64,000 nt of DNA from the human T2T-CHM13v2.0 reference genome, Homo sapiens: the NCBI RefSeq assembly GCF_009914755.1, contig NC_060931.1. One strand, given 5' to 3'. The notes under the pieces are model-generated. The model searched no databases and had not been told where the DNA came from. It was given only the letters and a program-made list of their open reading frames with translations. Below, piece by piece: positions 1 to 12,661 of the stretch (the first letter of the stretch is position 1; each line of letters begins with the position of its first letter). The position numbers were made by a program, and so were the translations under genes.

Positions 1-113
1 ATGTGTGCATGTGCTGCATGAATATGTGCATGTGTACATGTGTACTCGTGTGTGAATGCCTGTGTGTGTGCATATGTATGTGGGTATACGTATGTGTGTG
101 CACACACACACGT
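1..113. repeat. Degenerate (TG)n/(CA)n alternating purine-pyrimidine microsatellite
   Basis: tgtgtgcatgtg...cacacacaca seen directly; truncated by the window edge. Confidence 0.85.
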
Positions 114-1404
114 ATGGTGATCTTCACTTTGAGTCATGGCCCTAAGTTTGAAATCATATTTATCTTTGTACGACTTCCACTTATATCGAAGTGAAGCAGA
201 GCTGAGGCTTGCTTCAGGATTTCCTTGCGTACACTCAAAATGTGAAGGTGTTCAATGACTTCATTTGGAACAGGCAAATTGTGCCTTATTTCACCTTTAG
301 AATGTGCATGTATGAAATATTCTTTTCTCCCCTATGGTTCTGAAAAATTGAGCTATAATACATCAGATGGATATGTGTTTATTGTAAAATGTTTGAAAAG
401 TTTATAGAGAAGCAGGAAAAATTTTTGAGGAAGCAGGAAAAAATTCAGTTATCTCCAATATCACCAACCAGAACTAACATTTCCCAGGCTTTTTCCAGAC
501 AGTTTTCTGCACCTAGTTGGGTTCACACTGTATATGTAAATTTCCCTCTGTTTTAAAAAAATATTTTTATCATAAGCATTTATCCACATCTTTGAAAGTA
601 CTGTTAATGGCTGCTCAACATTTCATTAAATGAAAGTAATAACTTCCTGGACCTTTCTCCTACTTTGCAAGTTTAAATAATTTCTGCTTTTTCCCCACTA
701 TAAGTAATGCTACAGTGAATATATTTATGTTCAGATGTGTGTCCCCACTTTGTCATTGTGTCATCTAGAATCCTAGAATTTTAATTGCTAATTCAAATCT
801 ATAAACACTTGAAGGCATCTGGATCCCATTGCCTACTATCCTTGCTAAGGGTGGTGCCCACTTAAGCTGCGACTGAGTGTGGTTGCCTGAGAGGCCTCTG
901 AGCCGAAGACCTGCAGCTTTGTGAGAATAATCTTCCTGATGTGTTTGCTTGCTTTCTGTCTCCTTTGATTTCCACACACTCATTGTTCACGTATGTGTCA
1001 ACAGGGGCTTTTCGTGTAATTGGTACTGGAAGAAACTGTGCTTCTTTCTTGTTGTAAAAGGCAACCCAAAGCATCCTCATGACTGCACTTGCGTGTTCAG
1101 ACAGGCAGGAGCTGCTAGAGGAGAGGCTAACCAGTGTGTAGCTTCTGGAGCCATCAGCTGCGCGTCACTGGGCAACCCTTGCTGTTCCTCCTTTTCTTAT
1201 TGGGAAGGTAGAGGTGATAATTTTACCTGACATGTTGGTGGTCACAGGACTGTGTGAATTAATACAACCAGATACCCTGGACAGTGCCTGGAACACAGTG
1301 AGTGGAATGCTGGCTGTGATATGACCTGATTATCCAGCTGCTACTCATCCTCTTCCTACAGAGGGATGGTTTTTGCTTTGCAAGGTTCTTGGAGGACACC
1401 TGCC

Positions 1405-1795
1405 TGCATTAATTTTCTCAGCCTGCCATAACAAAGTACCACAAACTGGGTGGCTCAAACAACAGGAATGTGTTGTCTCACAATCCTGGAGGCTAAAAGT
1501 CTGAGATCAAGGTGTAGGCCTGTGTATGTGGGTATATATATGGACTGGTTTCTCCCAAGGCCACTCTCCTTGGCTTGCAGATGGCATTGTCTCCTTGTGT
1601 CATTCCTGTGTATCTGTGTCCAAATTTTCTTTTATGAGGACACCACTCACATTGGATTAGTCCTCGCTCTTGTGACTTCATTTTGCCTTCATTACCTCTT
1701 TGAAGACCGTGTCTCCAAATACAGTCACATTTTGAAGTACAGGGGGTTAGAACTTCAACATATGAAACCTGCGGAGATACAACTCAGCCCACAAA
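1405..1795 (-). mobile_element. ERVL-MaLR solo LTR (MLT1A/B-like)
   Basis: gccataacaaagtaccacaaactgggtggctcaaacaacag ... ctccaaatacagtcacatt ... ggttagaacttcaacatatgaa are typical of antisense MLT1. Confidence 0.85.
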
Positions 1796-1845
1796 GAAAA
1801 GTCAGTGCTATTCCTCACAGCAGCTGAACAGCTTCCCTTCACTTT

Positions 1846-3694
1846 ATGTATTTATTTTTTTGTAACTTTTAAGTGCAGGGGTACATGTGCAGGTTTGTTA
1901 CATAGGTAAATGTGTGTCATGGAGGTTTATTGTACAGATTATTTTGTCACCCACGTATTGAGCCTAGTACCCATCAGTTATTTTTTCTGATCCTCTCCCT
2001 TCTCTCACCCTTCACCCTCCAAAAGGCCCCAGTGCATGTTGTTCCCCGCAGTGCATGTTGTTCATGTGTTCTCATCATTCAGCTCCCACTTATAAGTGAG
2101 AACATGCAGTATTTGGTTTTCTGTTCCTTTGCTAACGATGTTAGTTTGCTAAGGATAATGGCCTCCAGCTTCATCCATGTCCCTGCAAAGGACATGATCT
2201 CATTCCTTTTTATGGCTGCATAGTAGTAGTCCATGGTGTATATGTACCACATTTTCTTTATCCAGTCTATTGTTGATGGCCATTTAGGTTGATTCCATGT
2301 CTTTGCTATTATGAATAGTGCCACAAAGAACATACATGGGCATGTGTCTTTATAATAAGATGATATATATTCCTTTGGGTATATACTCAGTAATGGGATT
2401 ACTGGGTCAAATGGTATTTCTATCTTTAGGTCTTTGAGGAACCACCACCTGTCTTCCACAATAGTTGAACTAATTTACACTCCCACCAACAGTGTATAAG
2501 CATTCCTTTTTATTCACAACCTCACCAGCATCTGTTATTTTTTGACCTTTTAATAATAGACATTCTGACTGGTGTGAGATGGTATCTCATTGTGGTTTCG
2601 ATTTGCATTTCTCTAATTATCATTGATGTTGAGGTTTTTCCATATGATTATCAGCCCCATGTATGTCTTCTTTTGAGAAGTGTCTCTTTATATCCCTTGC
2701 CCACTTTCTAATGGAGTGTTTGTTTTTTGCTTAATTTATTTAAGTTCCTTATAGATGCTGGATACTAGACCTTTGTCAGATGCATAGTTAAGCATTCCTA
2801 TACAGCAACAACAGTCAAGCCCAGAGTTAAATCAGTAACAAACTTCCATTCACAACTGCCATACACACACAAAATATCTAGGAATACACCTAACAAGGTG
2901 AAAGATCTCTACAAGGAGAACTACAAACCACTGCTCACAGAAATCAGAGATGACAAGAACAAATGGAAAACGTTTCATGCTCATGGACAGGAAGAATCAA
3001 TATCATTAAAATAGCCATACTGCCCAAAGCAGTTTGTAGATTCATTGCTATTCTCATTAAACTACCATTGATATTCTTCACAGAACTAGAAAAAAATGTT
3101 TCAAAATTCACATGGAACTAAAAAGGAGCCCGAATAGCCAAGACAATCCTGAGCGAAAAGAACAAAGCTGGAGACATCACATTACCTGACTTCAAACTAT
3201 GCTACAGGGCTACAGTAACCATAACAGCATGGTTCTGGTACAAGAACAGACACATAGACTAACAGAACAGAATAGAGAACCCAGAAATAAGAATGCACAC
3301 CTACAACTATGTGATCTTCAACAAACCTAAAAAACAAGCAATGGGGAAAGGATTTTATATTTAATAAATGGTATGGGGATAACTGGCTAGATATATGCAG
3401 AAAATTGAAACTGAACCCCTTCCTTATTGCCATATACAAAAATTAATTCAAGATGGATTAAAGACTTAAATGTAAAACCCAAAACTATAAAAACCCTGGA
3501 AGACAACCTAGTTAATACAATTTAGGACATAGTCACGGACAAAGATTTCATGACAAAGATGCCAAAAGCAATTGCAACAAAAGCAAAAATTGACTAATGG
3601 GATCTAACTAAAGAGCTTCTGCACAGCAAAAGAAACTATTGACAGAGTAAACAGACATGTCTCCCATTCTGTAGAATTGGAGGAAAATTTTGCA
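1846..3694 (-). mobile_element. 5'-inverted (twin-primed), truncated older L1PA element
   Basis: Antisense L1 3'UTR and ORF2 C-terminus at 1846-2789, then sense ORF2 at 2791-3694. Flanked by cttcccttcacttt (1832-1845) and cttccctttacttt (3698-3711). ORF 2079..2459 is ORF2p-like. Confidence 0.9.
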
Positions 3695-4534
3695 GACCTT
3701 CCCTTTACTTTCAAAAGGTAATGGATACATGTGCTCTCCTTTGAGTGCATGAACATCTCTTTCTATTTTTTGATTAGAATGTGCGAGGGCTTGCATATCT
3801 CTCTTCTGCTTGATGATCAAAGTGCTATAATAGTCTTTATATCAGCCTTTTTAATTCTAATCAGTTGTAGAATTTAGGCCTTTAGGTAAGTTACGTTCAT
3901 CAAACTTAAACTAGAATGGATGTGTTAAAAGAAAATTGGGAAATGTTAATAATGAAATCCCTTTTCATTTCAACATGTAATGAGGGCAAAGTGACTGTTA
4001 AATGGGCTGAAATGAATTTGGAGAATACTTTTGAAGAATGGTAACGTGTTTCATATGGAAATGTTAGCATTATGAATTATTCTTCTTTATGGAAATTTCA
4101 ATTGATTAATCCCCTCCTACACTTACCTCATGCTCTTCCTCTTGTCTAGGAATCCATGCAAACATCAAAGATAGGCAAAAGAAGAACAATCACAAAATAG
4201 AAGGGCAGTGTGGGGCAGGGTGGGACTTTACTCTGGGAATATTCAGCAATTATCCAAAAAGCATGTATTGAACCCCTACTCTAAAGATAAAGTCTTGGGG
4301 GAAGTGGCTGAGAGGGGGTTTTAGCACATGGCTGTGGATCAGGCCGAGAAGGGAGAGTTAGGGCTCCACTGCAAAACTAATAGCTGTGCCCTGGGATATC
4401 ACATTTTGTATATGGGACATATATTAAAAATATTAACATGGGATGACATTTTATATTAATTACTTAAGATATTCTAATACAGTACCTTCATCTAAATAAA
4501 AAATTAAACTAATTTTAATTGTTTCATTTTTTAG

Positions 4535-4672
4535 GAACATTTGGTTTACGGAAACCATGGTATTTCCCCTTTACTGCCTCATATTGGAAGAGTGTGGGTT
4601 TCTTGGTGGAGAAAAGGCAATACTTTCTAAGTTCTAGTCTGTTCTTCTTCAATGAGAACTTTGACAATAAAG
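4535..4672 (+). CDS. ABCA13: ABCA13 coding exon (linker after TMD1): (G)[45 protein letters not shown](G)
   Basis: Acceptor tttcattttttag| and donor AAG|gtttgt; 138 nt, phase 1-1. The G-x-F-G-x-x-x-P-W-Y-F-P-F-x-x-S-Y-W motif is characteristic of ABCA proteins. In frame with the next exon. Not in the supplied ORF track. Confidence 0.95.
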
Positions 4673-5752
4673 GTTTGTAAGGAGTAGAATTATTAGATGC
4701 ATGTATTTTTCCTTTGATCCATTTTGATTTTTTTTTGTTTGTTTTTATGGTCCAGCCTTTTCAAGTGTGTGCTGATTCCTAGAGAGACTTACATTTAGGC
4801 TGTCTTGGGCTGGGAAACAGCTGCAAGCCCAAGATGTGGGAAAGTATGCCATGACAGTGTTTGTTCTGTGAAACCCAGGAAACCCAGGGAGTTCCCATTA
4901 ATTATTATTTAGCGTCCTCCCCTCTGTGCATTATGTGCATTTGTGTGTATATTACAATTTAGAAAAATTGAAGCGTTAGTCCCAAAATGAATATGTGTAA
5001 GAAATAAAAGCAAATATGGGCAGCTACCCTGTGTAAAGCATTTAAAAATTTTTAAGTGTTCTCACCCATGCTGGTTTATTCAGTGTTCCTGTGTGAGGGA
5101 GAATATCACTGTCCCTTACAAATAGGGATTGTGGTTCTCAGGAGATAGGGGCAGGACTGTCCCTGTGCCTCTGCACTCCAGAGTCATGGCCTGTTCCTGC
5201 AGGTGCAGGCACAGGGCACCTCTGCCAAAGGATGAATCCATAGGCCATCTCCATGGAAATAGAGATGCATCACTCAGAGATAAACAAGCTCCCATCGTGG
5301 TGGGTTTAGATTACAAGTCAACATTCTAATCTAAACAATCTAAATATTTTTCTGAATTATGAATCTTTTAGAAAATGTGGAACACATCAACAAGCACCTA
5401 TCCACTCTCACGTCCTCAGGAGACTATTTCTCATGAACATTTTATGTGTAACTAATCTGCCTGTTGTTTTTTTCTCTACTTAAACAAAAATACATGTGTG
5501 TGTTTTTATTTTTTTTATTTTTTACAAAATGGTTATCATAAGGGTTCAAAACTTTGTAATCAGTGATATCACTTAATGTTTGCCATTATATAGTCTGCTT
5601 CTTGTTCTTGCTAAAGAAAGATTTTTGAGTTGATTTGTGTGCTTCACAGAGCTGGAATTCAATTTCAAAGCAGAATGCTGAATTAATAAATATGAGCATT
5701 ATTTTTAGGGCTTTTGAAGTCTTTTCACAATGAATTTTCATCTCTCTCACAG

Positions 5753-5933
5753 GGTCATCACTGCAAAACAGGGAAGGAGAGCTTGAAGGAAGTGCCCCGG
5801 GAGTCACCCTGGTGTCTGTGACCAAGGAATATGAGGGCCACAAGGCTGTGGTCCAAGACCTCAGCCTGACCTTCTACAGAGACCAAATCACCGCCCTGCT
5901 GGGGACAAACGGTGCCGGGAAAACCACTATCAT
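5753..5933 (+). CDS. ABCA13: ABCA13 coding exon, start of NBD1 with Walker A (...[17 protein letters not shown])
   Basis: Acceptor tctctctcacag| and donor AT|gtgggt; 181 nt, phase 1-2. Encodes GTNGAGKT. Confidence 0.97.
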
Positions 5934-7164
5934 GTGGGTCCCATTTTACCCTTATCAAACACTGGGCATTTGATTCTTAAAACTTCAGTTTACCTGTGAG
6001 ACAGAAGGTTTGATTTCTTTTCCTTTTTTTAAAATTTTGAGTCTCAATACAGAGTTTAGAGACACGGGTGAAAGGCAGAGCCCCTCATGAGTGCCCATGT
6101 GAGAGAGGCCCTATGTCTTCAACCGCACAGGTGCACTGTAGGCCTGGGGCTCAGTCAAAGGGGTAGTGGTGGATAGCTTTTTAAAAGGCTTAATTCTTGT
6201 ATTTTCTACAAATAATTTACCATGTTGTACTTTAGTCTTTGAAAGTCCTTTGGCACTTTCAGCGTTTGTCCTACTAAGTATCATCTTGCTTGCATATCTG
6301 TAGGAAGAGGAATATCACAGTGGTACTTGCAAATTTTTTAAACACCTGATTATTTTTCTTTTCCATGTTCTGGTTTTTGTGTGGTTCTTTTCTCATTAAG
6401 GGTAGATGTTTGGTTTAGGATTCAATGGCTCTAGATTTGATTAAAGAATCAAATCATGTGCTCCCAGAGAAACAATGAATTCAAACATTCACAGCCTTGG
6501 GCTGGCTGTAGAAGTGGAGGTTTAAGGTTAAACTACTAAAATTATGAAATATCTCTTTTGAACAAATCACTTTCTCTTTTGTTCTTTTTCTCACTAAATA
6601 TGTAGTATTAAAGTGTGATTAGTTAAAACAATGAAGAGGGCTTTGCCTCAGACTTAATAAGAAAGGTAGAAAAATAACACATGAAACTTCAGAAATCTCA
6701 TACTGAAAAAATAGAAAGAAAGAATATGGACAGTTTTTATTTGTTCCTTGGATACAGAAATGGACCTGGAAAAGCGTGTGAGTGTTTTTTTTAGTGTTTG
6801 AAAATTGGGAAACCACAAGTTGCACAAATAATGACTCAGCCAGCCAGTTCCTCTCACCCTGCTTTTACTAAGACACATTTCTTACAAGGAAAACCTGGGC
6901 TGCTTGTTTAGCAGAATGATGAGAATTGCATTTGGAGTTTCTAGATGATTTAAAGTTCAATGACTGTGTTGCTTTTAGTGTACATTTGTAGTACATTTTG
7001 AGTCATCCTAAGTGGCTGCCTCCACCTGGCAATTCTTAGATGAAAGGCTGAGAGGTCAGTCAAAGACGGGGGGGTCTTCACTATTTAAAACAACAGTCTT
7101 TGAGACTTCTAGGGAATGTGTATAAACTATTTTATAGTATCCCCCAGATAGGTTTGAAAATAAT

Positions 7165-7725
7165 ATAGCAAAGAGTTTTAAGTTCATCGAGGTTTAATTT
7201 TTGTGCAGTAAACAGTATCTGTTGATGTGTACAGTTTGATGAGTTTTGACACATTTGGTTAGTGCCGGAACAAGCACCACAAATACAGAACCTTTCTATG
7301 CTGCTCCAAGGTTTCCTGTGCTCTCCTTTGACCCTGGCCTTCATGTGACCACTGATCTGCTCTTTGTCACTAAAAACTAGGTTACTTATTCTAGAATTTC
7401 TTGTAAATGGGATCATGTCTGGCTTCTTGTACTCAGCAGACTGTTTTGGGGACCCAGGCATGGTGGTGGTGGCCCAGCAGCCTGCTCCTTGGGACAGCTG
7501 AGTGGTATCCACCATATGGAGGCAACCCAGCTTCTTTATGTTTTCATCCATGGGTTGCAACTGAGGTTGTTTCTCTTTGTCAGTGATTGTGAACACAGCT
7601 GCTGTGAACATTTGTGCATACAGCTTTGTGTCGGCACACATTTAATTTCTCATGTGTAAATACTAAGGAGTGGATTTGCTAGGTCCTGTGTGGTAGGGGC
7701 ATGTTTAACTTTTCAGAAATAAGAA
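7165..7725 (-). mobile_element. Ancient L1M (L1ME/MC-like) 3' end fragment
   Basis: gtgtacagtttgatgagttttgac ... gctgctgtgaacatttgtgcatac ... ggagtggatttgctaggtc. Boundaries approximate. Confidence 0.75.
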
Positions 7726-8051
7726 ACCAATTTAAAACTTAAATAATAAACTTCCTGAAACAAGGAAGCAGAACTAGGCAATTCTGAGGCTTCTGTTGGT
7801 AAAGTCGGTCATGTGAGCTTGTGGTGGCAGGCTGCTTGATTTCTTGTGGTTTTAACACACACAGACTATCCCGGGAGCAGCGGAAAGAAGACTGGCTCCA
7901 GGGTTGGGGCCTAGCTTTGTATCTCTGTTTTGCTTATATTTAATGATGAGGATTTAGGTATATATGTCATTTCTTTAGCATGTTTCCTCATCTGTAAAAA
8001 GTTGAATGTTATCATCTTAAAGTCCCATACAACTATAATGCTCTATGATTG

Positions 8052-8410
8052 CAGTTCAGACTTACAATGGTTCAACTTAATGATATTTTGACTTTATGAT
8101 GGTGTGAAAGTGATACATATTAGGTAGAAACCATAGTCTGAGGACTCATACAGCCATTCTGCTTTTTACTTTCAGTACAATATTCAATAAATTGCAAGAG
8201 ATATTCAACACCTTATTATAAAATACGCTTTGTGATAGATGATTTTGCCCAGCTGTAGGCTAATGTAAATGTTTTGGGTACACTTAAGGTAGGCTAGACT
8301 AAGCTGTGATGTTAGGTAGGTTAGATGTAAATAGATTTTTGACTTACAATATTTTCAACTTTTTATGGGTTTATTGGGACATAACCCAATCAGAAGTCAA
8401 GGAGCATTTT
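8052..8410 (-). mobile_element. MER47-like TcMar-Tigger non-autonomous DNA transposon
   Basis: The reverse complement begins aatgctccttgacttctgattgggttatgtcccaataaacccataaaaagttgaaaatattgtaagtc, resembling the MER47 terminus. Opposite end gacttacaatggttcaactt. Confidence 0.75.
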
Positions 8411-8633
8411 TATTTCATGTGGTAGCATAACATGTTAAACTCACATTTTCAACATCAACCAGCCAATGTACCCTCAAACTACTCACACCTTTTAACTGAT
8501 TGTGTAAAAACCAGGTCAGCAGAAGGTGAGTGCTCTTGGCAGGATGCATGCGCCATCCTGGAGCTGACTGGATTGCTGACGTTCACAGTATCAGCAACGC
8601 GTATTCTCCATGCTGTCTTATTTTCTCTGGCAG

Positions 8634-8852
8634 ATCCATGTTGACGGGGCTCCACCCTCCCACTTCTGGAACCATCATCATCAATGGCAAGAACCTACAG
8701 ACAGACCTGTCGAGGGTCAGAATGGAGCTTGGTGTGTGTCCGCAGCAGGACATCCTGTTGGACAACCTCACCGTCCGGGAACATTTGCTGCTCTTTGCTT
8801 CCATAAAGGCGCCTCAGTGGACCAAGAAGGAGCTGCATCAGCAAGTCAATCA
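8634..8852 (+). CDS. ABCA13: ABCA13 coding exon, NBD1 Q-loop ([18 protein letters not shown]...[20 protein letters not shown]...)
   Basis: Acceptor ttttctctggcag| and donor CA|gttagt; 219 nt, phase 2-2. Lies within ORF 8530..8910. Confidence 0.97.
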
Positions 8853-9309
8853 GTTAGTAAACAGTTGTCTCTCTGCTCCTCCTGCCTCTGCCCATTGTGT
8901 AAGGAAGTGAAGACAATAGAAAGAGACACTTAAAAAATCATCTGTGTCTACATTTATAAGATGAAATAATTAGCAAATGGTTGTTAACTATGGAATTATG
9001 ACACAGCCACCAACACTGAGAATGTCAGAAAAGGCTTCTGTGGGAAGGCATTGAATTTGATTTGATTTGTCTTTGAAATGTGGAAGAGATGAGCACATGT
9101 AAGCACAGAGGCTGTTGATGGAAACTTTGTGTATCTGGAGTAAAAGGTCCCTAGGGGTGTCCTGAAATGAAAAGAATTCAAAGGCAGCGGGAAAACTGGT
9201 TGTCAAGAAGCTGATTAGTCTGCCTTTTCTCTCCTTGATCCCTAGCTCTTCCTCAACTCCTTCCTTCCTTCCTGTCACACACACACACAAAGATTAAGAA
9301 AAAAAGAGC

Positions 9310-9950
9310 CTTATTAGTCATGCTAAGGAGTTTGAACTTCACTGAGCAAGTAGGTGTTCATGAGTGGGGGACTGTGATTAGCCTGAGATCTGGAAGATCT
9401 CTCCTGCTAGATCATAGCAGGTGCCATGGGAGAGACTAGATACAGAGTGGCCAGTGTAGGCAAGAGGTGGTGACAGCCTGATTTATGGTCATGCCACTGG
9501 GGTGCATGGGCCAGGAAGGCCTGTATTTGAAGACTATTCAAATTTAGAAGAATCAGGTCATGTTGACTAACTGGTTGCACAAGGCAGGGAGCAGAGAACT
9601 CCCGGTAGGGTCACAAACAATTGGTAGGACATTGGTTGGTCCACATGGGGGGCTGAACCCTATATGAAAGTGGAATAGCACAAGGAAGATCTAGAGTTGA
9701 GAATATGTGGGGAGAAGTGGAAAGGAAGTAGGGTATCCAGGATGGGAAGCAAGGCAAAATCCAGGCAGTGTGCCCTGGCTCATTGGACATTGATAGAAGT
9801 TTAGACCAGAGGTAAAAGGGAGAGACAGTAGGTTCCTGATTAGAGAACAAAGTGGTGTTTGAGGGTGATGACCATGGAAGCATGGATTGGAGGGGAAGTG
9901 GAGCAATGAAAGTCATGGAGAGTAGCTGGAGATAGAAACATTAATCCAGT
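9310..9950 (-). mobile_element. Degraded L2 LINE fragment
   Basis: Purine-rich L2-like motifs (ggagtttgaactt, caagaggtggtgacagcctg, gggctgaaccct). Boundaries approximate. Confidence 0.55.
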
Positions 9951-11386
9951 GCTGGGGTCATCGATTCAGCAAACAGTGGTAGTTAAGTGTGCAGGCCGTC
10001 TGTCCTGTGCTGGGCTCTGCCCCCTCAGGAAGATGCATGGCTCTGGCCTCCTGGGGCTAGTGCTGCATGCTTGGCAATTCCAATGGATGGACTTTGCAAA
10101 GCAGAACGTCAACCATGGCGTGAGTGTGTGGGGAAGGGGCCCTTGGAGGCAAGCATGTAAGTATAACTGGTAATGGACTGCACATTCCTAAGAAGAAAAT
10201 GTGAATGTCATGAATTCTTACAGAATATTGTTATTTTACAATATTTTTGCAAGCTTTACATTTATAAATAAGTATTTACAATCTGCATTTAATTAAGGTG
10301 AAAGCTCACAGGGTTTGGGTGTTGTTTTGTATGGTGTAACCTTATTTCTTTACCACTTTTTCCGCTATGTGCTTCATGATGGTGGAGCTCTACCTTGGTG
10401 TTTCTAGCCCTGGAACACTGAGAAAAAGAAGAATGAGTCTTAAAGTTGTCACACATTCCATGTGCCGTTGGCGATATGACCAGAGACCAAGTAAAACGTT
10501 TGCAATGAGAATGCTCCATTCCACCCTTCCTTTTACTTGGCCTCTCCAGGTGCCATTGCTTGCTTCTCCATCCCTGCCATTGCAGGTCACCCCTGCATCA
10601 TGCCTCTGTAGAGATGCCAGGGCTGCAGCTGGCCTTCCTGCCTGCTGTCGGCTTCTTCTACCCTTTCCTCCAGCCCCTTTGGCTCACTTCTGCAAAGCTT
10701 ATCTTGTCCGCAAACCCAACCCCCAGCTGTTCTCCCCAGATCATGGTCTAGCTTCCTGATGTCACGTGCTTTCAGTACTCCACATGGAGTGCTCCTTAGA
10801 AATGTACCCAGGTCCTGGCCCTTCTCTGCCAACTGCCCTTCAAGGACTCACATCACTTGAGGTATAATCTAAAGGTATGGAGGCCTACAATTGTGTAATT
10901 TACATTCTTGTGCCTATTGTCTCAGATTTATTATGAGTGCCCCCTTCCACCTCAAAACCCTCCTCCTTTGGAATATAAATTTATAAAGCCCTGCCAGCCT
11001 CTCTTGCTTTACCTGATCCTTCATTGTGTGGTGCCTGCTGCGCTGGTCTTATGGTGGATCCCTGAGCACACTGAACAGGCCCTTCGCTGCGTTCGTGTTG
11101 TGATGGGCTCCGTGTGTAGCCTGCCTCACTGCCGTCCTGGCTCTTCTCAGACACCATCTTACCAGAGCAGACTTCCTGAGCATTCTGTCCAGAACAACTT
11201 CCCACTCACTCTCCTGAGTCCCCTCTATTTCTCTGGCTCTTATTTACGACATTTATCATTTCATGACAGCCTCTGTGTATTAGTCTTCTGTTTCTTTCCA
11301 CCAGATAGCAAACCCCTTGACTACAGGGACGTAGTCTGTTTGGTTCACTATAGTATAATAAGCATTCTTTGAGTTGAATAACTGGA

Positions 11387-11552
11387 TTTTTTTTTCAATT
11401 TTTATTTTTATATTTTTTCCATAAGTTATTGGGGTACAGGTGGTATTTGGTTACATGAGTAAGTTCTTTAGTGGTGATTTGTGAGATTTTGGTGCACCCA
11501 TCGCTTGAGCAGTATATACTGCACCATATTTGTTTTATTTTATCCCTCAACC
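11387..11552 (-). mobile_element. L1PB 3' end fragment
   Basis: T-tract followed by ataagttattggggtacaggtggtatttggttacatgagtaagttctttagtggtgatttgtgagattttggtgcaccc. Confidence 0.85.
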
Positions 11553-12155
11553 CCCTTGAGTTCAGAAAGAAACCTCAGGTGCAAACAATGAAGCTGAATA
11601 AGCTCTACTGGGGGGTGTGTGAAGTGGGTGCAGGGGGTCAGCTGCCCTTGGTTGTATGGTGAAGGGTCATAGCAGAGGTAATGATTGAGCAGCAGGCTAC
11701 AGGATGAGTAAGGATGAACTGGGGTTGACTGCAGTGGGTGGGCTGCAATATGTTACAGCATGTGCAGCTTAGAGCGTCCACAGGCCTCTCTCTTGCAGGC
11801 CTGTGCACAGGCACATTACAGAAGCTTCCTAAGCCTTGCAAGATTTTAGGTTTTGTTCCTTAGGCTGTCCATGGGCATGAGGCCTCTGGAGAGTGCTGAG
11901 CACCTGATACGATGGCCGTCTAATGATGGTTCACACACTCTCTCCAGTTGCAGGTGGAGGATGGGGTGGGCTGGGGTGAGCCCAAGTCGCAGGGAGAGCT
12001 GGGGGCTCCTGCACTAAGAACAGATTAGGCCAGGAGAGGTCCAGTAGGGTGAGGAGGAAAGGGAGATGCAGACCCAATGGGGAATAAGAGAGGAGGGGGC
12101 GTCCATGGTATTCCCCAGATGTCTGGCTCAGGCAAGCACAGTGTTTTTCAACATA

Positions 12156-12661
12156 CAGTTGACTCTTGAACAACACAGGTTTGAACCCTGCAGGTCTTAC
12201 TTATATTCAAATGTTTTCAATACAAGTAACACCCAGTGTGCCTACCTCTTCTGCTACCTTTCCTTCTCCTCTGCCTGACCTGCCTCAACCACCTTTGAGA
12301 TAGCAAGACCAGCTCTCCCCTTCCTCCTCCTCCTCCTCAGCCTACTCAACGTGAAGATGACAAGGATAAAGACCTTTATGATGATCCACTTCTAGTTAGA
12401 CAATAGTAAATATAGTTTCTCTTCTTTAAGCTTTTTTAAATAACATTTTTTTCCTCTAGCTTGCCTCATTGTAAGCATACAGCATGTAATGCATATAACA
12501 TACAAAAGAGGTGTCAACTGACTGTTTACATTATTGGCAAGGCCTCCAGTCAACAGTAGAATATTAGTAGGTAAGCTTTTGGGGAGTTGAAAGTTATACA
12601 CAGATTTTTGACTGTGTACAGTGTGGTGCTTTAAGTCCCTGCATTGTTCAAGGGTCAGCTG
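12156..12661 (+). mobile_element. Tigger2a-like TcMar DNA transposon
   Basis: TIRs cagttgactcttgaacaa ... ttgttcaagggtcagctg, preceded by TA. Internal cctactcaacgtgaagatgacaaggataaagacctttatgatgatccactt. Confidence 0.88.

Noticed and set aside
408-445. Short direct repeat gaagcaggaaaaa twice
   Set aside because: A trivial local duplication in degraded repeat-like sequence with no supporting structure.
2079-2459. ORF2p-like ORFs here and at 34943, 47527, 49241, 50908 and 51695
   Set aside because: Short fragments of dead L1 elements; there is no intact ORF1/ORF2 in the window.
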